Of a DNA stretch of 64,000 nt, positions 57,907 to 64,000 are shown in pieces (position 1 is the stretch's first letter; every line of letters begins with the position of its first letter). Below the pieces are notes generated by a model, which saw only the letters and a list, made by a program, of their open reading frames with translations, was not told the DNA's origin and made no database searches. The stretch comes from Candidatus Anderseniibacteriota bacterium (lineage in GTDB: Bacteria; Patescibacteriota; Andersenbacteria; UBA10190): assembly GCA_016197005.1 (NCBI GenBank), contig JACPWO010000002.1:8483-72482 (forward strand). Direction: 5' to 3'. The translations under genes and the position numbers were made by a program.

Positions 57907-59418
57907 ATGAAGTACACTATCGCTGTTCCTGAGTATGCTCCGCCCGAAGAAGGTACCAACGCACCTTTTTCTGACATACCCCTTCGTTACTCCTCCCACC
58001 GCCTTTTTTCTAAATGGCAATTACTCGCTCTTGGTGTGATAGGTGTCGCAATTGCTATTAGTCTCGTGAGCGCCTTCACCCTTACGCTTAAAGTTGGTAT
58101 TTCTCTTTTATCGCTAGTGTATTTGCTTGATCTTCTCTTTGGCTTTTTCCTCATTTACCGTGCTTTACGGAAGGATCCAGAATTACATATCTCCGCTGAG
58201 CAAATGACTCGCCTGAAAAATAAAAAACTCCCCCTCTACACTATTTTGTGCCCGCTCTTTGGGGAAGCGAAAGTGGTACCGCAGTTTATAAAGGCTATTC
58301 AGGATCTTGATTATCCAAAGGAAAAGCTTCAAGTTATTCTTCTTCTGGAAGAAGAAGACGATGAAACAATTGCCGCTGTAAAAAATAGTTCACTGCCGCG
58401 TCACTTTGAAGTCATTGTTGTTCCGAGCGGACAGCCACAAACAAAACCCAGAGCTTGTAATGTGGGGTTGCTACAAGCTCGAGGTAAGTACGTTGTTATT
58501 TACGATGCGGAGGACATCCCTGATCCTGACCAACTCAAGAAAGCTGTAGTCGCATTCAGCCATCTGCCAAAAGAAGTGATATGTATTCAGGCGAAATTAG
58601 ATTTCTATAATCGCAGCCATAATCTCATTACCCGCCTTTTTACGGCGGAGTATGCGTTGCTCTTTAATTTAACGCTCCTGGGATTGCAATCTATTAATGG
58701 CCCAATTCCGCTCGGAGGTACTTCCAACCATTTCCGGACCTTTGCCCTGCGTCGAATTGGTGGCTGGGATCCTTTTAATGTGACAGAAGATTGTGATCTG
58801 GGAATTCGTTTGTTTACACAGGGGTATCGCACAGCGATTATCGACTCAACCACTCTTGAAGAAGCCAATAGCCAACTCCTTAATTGGATTCGACAACGGT
58901 CACGTTGGATTAAGGGGTATTTTCAAACACTCATTGTTCACACACGCACTCCGCAGCATTTCTTTCGTTCTTTCCGAACGATTCCACACTTAGCAACTTT
59001 TTTGCTAGTAGTTGGTGGTAAAACCATCGCAGTTGTTGTAAATCCTTTTCTGTGGGCACTTACCCTCGTATATTTTCTTGGACCAGAAGAATTTCAGTTA
59101 TTTGTAAAGTCTTTGTACTTAGCTCCGATCTTTTATATTGCCGCCGCTACTTGGATAGCGGGAAATATACTCAATGTACTGTATTACCTCTTGGGAGTAC
59201 TTCAGCGCGGGTACCCTGAACTGGTAAAGTTTTTTCCATTAGTTCCTTTGTATTGGCTCATGATGAGCGTTGCCGCTAGTAAAGCTTTTTACCAACTCCT
59301 GGTGAAACCACATTTCTGGGAAAAAACTATTCACGGATTTCATTTGGAAGATCAGACAAAAGTTCGGTGGCGTTTTTTGCCGGAACGAAGATATGAAAAA
59401 GAAGCTAATTCACTCTAA
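57907..59418 (+). CDS. Membrane-bound processive family-2 glycosyltransferase (cellulose/chitin-synthase-like).
   Basis: DAED (DxD) motif. TED motif. QRSRW (QxxRW) motif. N- and C-terminal TM helices. Confidence 0.8.
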   Translation: MKYTIAVPEYAPPEEGTNAPFSDIPLRYSSHRLFSKWQLLALGVIGVAIAISLVSAFTLTLKVGISLLSLVYLLDLLFGFFLIYRALRKDPELHISAEQMTRLKNKKLPLYTILCPLFGEAKVVPQFIKAIQDLDYPKEKLQVILLLEEEDDETIAAVKNSSLPRHFEVIVVPSGQPQTKPRACNVGLLQARGKYVVIYDAEDIPDPDQLKKAVVAFSHLPKEVICIQAKLDFYNRSHNLITRLFTAEYALLFNLTLLGLQSINGPIPLGGTSNHFRTFALRRIGGWDPFNVTEDCDLGIRLFTQGYRTAIIDSTTLEEANSQLLNWIRQRSRWIKGYFQTLIVHTRTPQHFFRSFRTIPHLATFLLVVGGKTIAVVVNPFLWALTLVYFLGPEEFQLFVKSLYLAPIFYIAAATWIAGNILNVLYYLLGVLQRGYPELVKFFPLVPLYWLMMSVAASKAFYQLLVKPHFWEKTIHGFHLEDQTKVRWRFLPERRYEKEANSL

Positions 59419-61009
59419 GGATTGGGGAGTTTACCTGGTTGCCAGCATTGCTGTAGTGGCAGTACTAGTAGCTGACGGGTGGTCATATAACCACAATCTT
59501 ATTGTTGGGTATGGCGATTCCGCTTCTCATCTTGTAATCAGCCGTCGCGTTATTGACAATCTAACACCAGGGCTCGGTCAGTTGGGGAGCTCCTGGCTGC
59601 CGGCTCTGCACGTTCTCATGTTGCCCTTTATATGGAATGATTTTTTGTGGCATACCGGTTTAGCAGGAACAATCGTCAGTAACCTGGCCTATATTGGGGC
59701 TGCTATCTATGGCTATCGCTTGGTGCGAATGTTCATTGACTCGAAGAGCTGGGCGCTTGCTGTTGTCATATCTCTTTTTGCTAACCCAAATCTTTTGTAC
59801 ATGTCGACTACCGCCATGAATGAAGCACTATATGTTTTCTCTGTTCTCGGATCAACAGTTCATTTGCTTAAATGGTCTCGTAAGCCTAAGCAATATCTCC
59901 ATCTTTTAATAGCAGCTTTACTTGCATTCTTAACGGCGTTCAATCGCTACGAAGGATGGTTTCTTGTTATCGGGCAAGCAGTAGTCGTGTATGCAGTTGG
60001 TTGGAAACAACTGGGGAAGCGCTACGGTTTTGCAGGAGCAATCGTATTTGCCTATATTGCGTGGCTAGCACCAGTGCTTTGGCTAGGTTGGAATCTCCTT
60101 ATTTTTAGTGATCCACTGGAATTTTTACACAATGAATATACCTCTCGTGCTCAACAATCAGAACTAGAGGCACTGGGGCAACTACCGACGAAAGGAAACA
60201 TCCTGGTGGCCGCTCAGTATTATTACGCTGCTATGACAAATGTGCTCGGCCGGATATCTACTATATCGTTGCTCATGTTGGTTGTGCTCAGTCCACTTCT
60301 TGTGGTGTTGCTAAGGCGTCGTTTCCAAAAAGAAGATTCTTATAGCGACTTACTTATTGGATATGCGCTGCTGATACCAGGAATATTTCTTGTCTACACA
60401 TTATTCTCCGGTGTGACGGCACTCCATCTGCCTGATCTTGTGCCGTTTCGAATGTACAACATCCGGTACGCTCTATTCGTTTTCCCAGCCTTAGTTTTTT
60501 TCGCTGCTTACGGCATTCACCTGGCATATAAAATATGGAGGCCACTCGCTGTAGTCTGTACCCTGATTATTATCCTTGGCATGACTCTTACCTGGACTAT
60601 TCCGGCATTAGTGCTAGAAGAAGGCAAGGAAAATGCTCGTAGTAGAACACAAAGCATCCTCGCTGCTGCGGCGCTTCGCAGTCAATACGATGGGGGAAAG
60701 ATTCTCCTCGATAGCCGAGCTCCGTTACTAGAAGCAGCTGGAGTAGGAGCGGGTAATACTATCATGTGGCAATCTCAATTACCGCTGAAATCCTTTATCC
60801 ATGAAGGTACCCAAGAAATATGGGAACGTGCTTTGGCAAACCCGGCTTCTGAGGCGCACTGGATGATTCTGCGAAACTCGCCAGGAGTAATTGAAAGCAA
60901 CGATACCGTAGCAGCTAAAGTTTTAGATAGTGAACAGATTCTATCGCAGTACGATCTGGCATATAAGGATGGTGCGTTAGAAATATATCGCCTAAAGAAA
61001 AGCTACTAG
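59393..61009 (+). CDS. Polytopic GT-C-like membrane protein (ArnT/PMT-family-like glycosyltransferase).
   Basis: About 12 TM helices with the first extracytoplasmic loop containing YGDSASHL. Its start overlaps the GT2 gene's 3' end. Confidence 0.5.
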   Translation: MKKKLIHSKDWGVYLVASIAVVAVLVADGWSYNHNLIVGYGDSASHLVISRRVIDNLTPGLGQLGSSWLPALHVLMLPFIWNDFLWHTGLAGTIVSNLAYIGAAIYGYRLVRMFIDSKSWALAVVISLFANPNLLYMSTTAMNEALYVFSVLGSTVHLLKWSRKPKQYLHLLIAALLAFLTAFNRYEGWFLVIGQAVVVYAVGWKQLGKRYGFAGAIVFAYIAWLAPVLWLGWNLLIFSDPLEFLHNEYTSRAQQSELEALGQLPTKGNILVAAQYYYAAMTNVLGRISTISLLMLVVLSPLLVVLLRRRFQKEDSYSDLLIGYALLIPGIFLVYTLFSGVTALHLPDLVPFRMYNIRYALFVFPALVFFAAYGIHLAYKIWRPLAVVCTLIIILGMTLTWTIPALVLEEGKENARSRTQSILAAAALRSQYDGGKILLDSRAPLLEAAGVGAGNTIMWQSQLPLKSFIHEGTQEIWERALANPASEAHWMILRNSPGVIESNDTVAAKVLDSEQILSQYDLAYKDGALEIYRLKKSY

Positions 61010-61103
61010 GCGATTATTGATTATAGTTATGGGTGGAAAAAGCGTTAATACAAAACGACAGAGGGGTTGCCTCTGCCGTCTTTGCTCTACTGAGCCTTAA
61101 GCC

Positions 61104-62345
61104 CTATTCGCAAATTCCATTTGGTAGATCAGTATTACAGTCGTTATCGTCCCAGATATTGGCTGTTCCGGCAGTACCGGCGCCAAGTGAATTGTCATGA
61201 GCATCATGCTCACCGCTGTTGCGGACGAAGTTCTTAAGTATAGTGTTACCACTGGTCACTGCACCTAAGAGAATTCCGTCTTTGGTAACATTGCGAATCT
61301 CGTTTCGAGACAGGTTAGCTTCACCTGTTCCGACTGAATCGTCTCGGACATCGATTCCGTCGTTACCGAGAGTGCGCAAGATGTTCCTTTCGATTAAGAC
61401 ATCTGTACTCGGAATACTGACGAGGTTAGCAAGAATGATACCCGTCCATGATCGGTCCCGAATTTCATTACGAGAAATTGTTACGTTGTGATCATCGCCG
61501 GCGAGGAAGATTGCTCCGCCATCGACATTTGGATCATTGATACCCCGAGCAATGTTTCGGCTAATATCGGCATTATTCGTGTGGTAGAGATTTACCATGT
61601 TTACGTCTCGAATTGATTCATTTCGTTCGTACGTAATATTGCTGTTGTTTGGTTGAGCGGGAGCACCTTTCGTTAGGGTAAAGGCTGAGTTGCCGTGAAG
61701 ATTGGATTTGTTTCGTTCAATCATCGCGTTCTTTAAGCCTTGATCAGAGTAGATAGCATTACCATTGGCAGCTCCTGTCTGGTTGTTGTTATCAAAGAAG
61801 TTACGACCTACTGTGGTTTTGTTAGTTCCGGAGCCATGTAGGTAGAGACCGAAGACGTTGTTACGAATAATATTATTTTCAATCTTGTAGCCGGAGAAGG
61901 TTGGGCCAGTCTGTACGCCTGGGCCACTAGCATTATTTTGAATGATGAAGCCGTCGAGCGTAACATCATTTGCTTGGAGATTGAAACTGCCGTTTACTAC
62001 CGACTCTTTGGCAATAGCAACATTTCGAGTAGTTGCGTCCCTGCTTTCTTGGGCGCCTTCAATAGTTAGCTTTTTTGATACTGAAACATTCTCGGTGTAA
62101 GTGCCGGGTGCTACGGTTACTTTTTGACCAGTGCTCGCATGATCTACTGCGGCCTGGATGGTATTACATTTATTGGCATTACTGCCACAGCCACCACCAT
62201 CTGGATTGGGGTCTGAGTCATCAACTTGTACGGTACTGCCACTATGATTCGCGCTGGCGGCCAGTGGCATCAGGGCAACGGCACACATGAGTGCGGCTGC
62301 TAAAATAATCGCCGTTCGCGATGGTAACGTTTGAATATTCGTCAT
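61104..62345 (-). CDS. Secreted right-handed parallel beta-helix (PbH1) repeat protein; a possible glycan lyase/hydrolase.
   Basis: Signal peptide. Repeated (I/V)xRN(E/N)I / NNIIRNNV / ISRNEIRD beta-helix rungs. Confidence 0.65.
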   Translation of the reverse strand: MTNIQTLPSRTAIILAAALMCAVALMPLAASANHSGSTVQVDDSDPNPDGGGCGSNANKCNTIQAAVDHASTGQKVTVAPGTYTENVSVSKKLTIEGAQESRDATTRNVAIAKESVVNGSFNLQANDVTLDGFIIQNNASGPGVQTGPTFSGYKIENNIIRNNVFGLYLHGSGTNKTTVGRNFFDNNNQTGAANGNAIYSDQGLKNAMIERNKSNLHGNSAFTLTKGAPAQPNNSNITYERNESIRDVNMVNLYHTNNADISRNIARGINDPNVDGGAIFLAGDDHNVTISRNEIRDRSWTGIILANLVSIPSTDVLIERNILRTLGNDGIDVRDDSVGTGEANLSRNEIRNVTKDGILLGAVTSGNTILKNFVRNSGEHDAHDNSLGAGTAGTANIWDDNDCNTDLPNGICE

Positions 62346-62549
62346 GAAGTTAGATGTTATGGATAAATAATATGATCTTCCAACTATACGGAGCTTCACT
62401 GGCATTGCTATGGAAGTTTTCCCCGGACTCTTTTCTTAGGGGGCATCAAGGCATAATCTGCGGACGGAGATTACAAATTTTTGCTCTTGACTGTCTAGGA
62501 TGAGATATAATCATATAACTATAGCCTCTAATTTCTAAAAAACTACCAT

Positions 62550-63062
62550 ATGAATAAAAATGTCATTATCGGAATTATCGTCGTTCTTGTTCTCATCGTG
62601 GCCGTATGGGCCTTTGCGAATAGAGGAGACGAAGTAGATACAGATAGTGAATCTGGCACCGAGCAAATGACAACCGAAGAATACGACATGGATATGATGG
62701 GCGATGCTTCTTTAGAAGGAGACATTATTGAAACCACTCCAATTGAAAGTCCCGTCACTTCACCAACAGGTGTAACTCAAGGAACATTGAAAGAATTTGC
62801 TGTATCAGCAGTAAACTTTAAATTCACTCCCGCTGAAATGCAGGTAACCCAAGGAGATACGGTGCGTATTGTTCTCACAAATAATGGCAGCATGCCGCAT
62901 GATTGGAGACTTGATGAGTTTAGTGCCGCGACCAAGGTCATACAGCCCGGGCAGTCTGATACAGTTGAATTTGTAGCTGGTGAAGCCGGAACATTTGAAT
63001 ATTACTGCTCAGTTGGTCAGCATCGTCAACTTGGTATGGTGGGTAAGCTCATTGTTGAATAG
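62550..63062 (+). CDS. Membrane-anchored cupredoxin (type-1 copper site).
   Basis: N-terminal TM helix, an acidic linker, and cupredoxin ligands PHDW ... YYCSVGQHRQLGM (H, C, H, M). Confidence 0.65.
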   Translation: MNKNVIIGIIVVLVLIVAVWAFANRGDEVDTDSESGTEQMTTEEYDMDMMGDASLEGDIIETTPIESPVTSPTGVTQGTLKEFAVSAVNFKFTPAEMQVTQGDTVRIVLTNNGSMPHDWRLDEFSAATKVIQPGQSDTVEFVAGEAGTFEYYCSVGQHRQLGMVGKLIVE

Positions 63063-63096
63063 GTACCGCTGCCCTAGGAGGAGCGGGGTAGACTAA

Positions 63097-64000
63097 TGTC
63101 TATGAATATTGTTGCCCGGCTCCTAAACAAGCTAACAATGTATCGACTGATGCTCTATTGTATGGGCATCTTGGTAGGTGCAGCCATAATCCTGAGCATC
63201 CTAGACATACTTCCATATAGTCCGAGCGCTATTAGCTTACAAACAGTCGCTTTTGTTTTGGTGTGTTGGGGGATAAATGAGATTATCGCGCGAGTATTAA
63301 AAATTCAACCGAACGGAGAGTCATCGGTTATTACGGCGCTAATTCTTACCAGTATTGTCGGTCCGCTTTCTCTGCCGGAGCAATGGCCTATATTGATAAT
63401 AACGGCCGGAGCGGCGATTACATCCAAGTATGTTTTTGCTTGGCGTCGTAGTCATATCTTTAACCCCACTGCATTTGGGGTTCTCGCCTCGGCACTGGCT
63501 TTGGGGTATCCGGCTAGCTGGTGGATAGGTAGTCAACCACTTGTTCCCGTGATACTCGCAGGTGGAGTGCTCGTTCTTTGGAAAATTAGGCGCTGGCATC
63601 TCATCGGTAGTTTTTTGCTTACATATCTAGGTCTTCTCGTCATTGACGGCTTTTTTGTTCAGAGTCGTAGCTTATCTGAGATGATGTTCCTTATCCAGAG
63701 CCTTCTTACCTCGGCCGCTCTTCTCTTTTTCGTGTTCGTGATGTTGGTTGAACCATTAACTGCTCCGCAAACACGCTCGCGGCGGATCGCCTTCGGAGTT
63801 GTGGTCGGTGGCGTTCTTTTTTTACTGCAGCGAACATTGGTTCACATTCCTTACTCTCTTGAACTCGCACTTCTCATTGGAAACATTTTTGCTCGGATTG
63901 TAAACCCGGATTTTCGACAAGTATTCCGTCTCCAACGCAAGGAACTTTTTTCGTCTTCAATTGAAAACTTTTGGTTTCAACCGACTCGTCCGTTCGCGTT
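63097..64000 (+). CDS. RnfD/NqrB-like polytopic membrane protein; partial, running off the window end.
   Basis: LPEQWPILIITAGAAITSKYVF...HIFNPTAFGVL parallels RnfD (PWW..V..IAKQLYGG...NPFNPAMIGYV). No stop codon within the window. Confidence 0.5.

Noticed and set aside
1-64000. Searched for CRISPR arrays, integrase/transposase genes and rRNA/tRNA genes.
   Set aside because: No regularly spaced direct repeats, no tyrosine/serine recombinase or DDE motifs, and no rRNA-like or foldable tRNA segments were recognised. Island mobility is therefore not supported by a mobility gene.

Overview
This is a 64-kb bacterial window with moderate GC that reads mostly as accessory genome. I found no rRNA, tRNA, CRISPR array, integrase or transposase. 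From the start of the window to the end, the contents are as follows.

(1) A two-gene module in which a hypothetical protein is followed by an HNH endonuclease.

(2) A roughly 8-kb copper homeostasis island containing:
- a fused protein with an HMA domain, a polytopic permease and two cupredoxin-like domains;
- a CopZ copper chaperone;
- a protein with BNR (Asp-box) repeats;
- a CopA P-type ATPase;
- a DsbA-like oxidoreductase;
- a DUF167 protein;
- a Met-rich membrane protein with a SHOCT domain;
- a nested metallothionein-like mini-protein rich in Cys and His.

(3) The most interesting locus lies at 11.9-18.5 kb. It is a tightly packed four-gene operon on the + strand:
- a small protein that looks like a winged helix;
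- a 1592-aa Upf1/DNA2-like SF1B helicase whose C-terminal domain resembles a Vsr/DUF559 PD-(D/E)xK nuclease;
- a zinc-ribbon plus WYL-domain protein whose frame opens inside the helicase 3' end at an A9 homopolymer and has no canonical start codon, so the helicase and WYL protein may be fused or frameshift-coupled;
- a Cas4-like Fe-S PD-(D/E)xK nuclease.

I read this operon as a candidate nucleic-acid-targeting defense system that is not obviously a named one.

(4) Secreted proteins carrying DUF4214 repeats.

(5) An OmpR-type two-component system beside a MacAB/HlyD-type ABC efflux unit.

(6) A gene encoding a PUA/EVE-like reader domain and a possible nuclease domain, flanked by two SAM methyltransferases.

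(7) A long run of small genes for detox or stress proteins and transporters: VOC/glyoxalase, SRPBCC, cupin, DUF1801, YdeI, TspO and YhhQ.

(8) A DrrAB-like ABC exporter.

(9) An ABC-F ATPase.

(10) A tRNA U34 hydroxylase (TrhO).

(11) A second DrrAB-like ABC exporter.

(12) A glycan locus with a GT2 glycosyltransferase, a GT-C enzyme and a beta-helix protein.

(13) A cupredoxin gene followed by a partial RnfD/NqrB-like gene.

A conserved intergenic motif of about 50 nt (41/50 identical, with a GGTTCGAACC palindrome) occurs twice, 18.2 kb apart.
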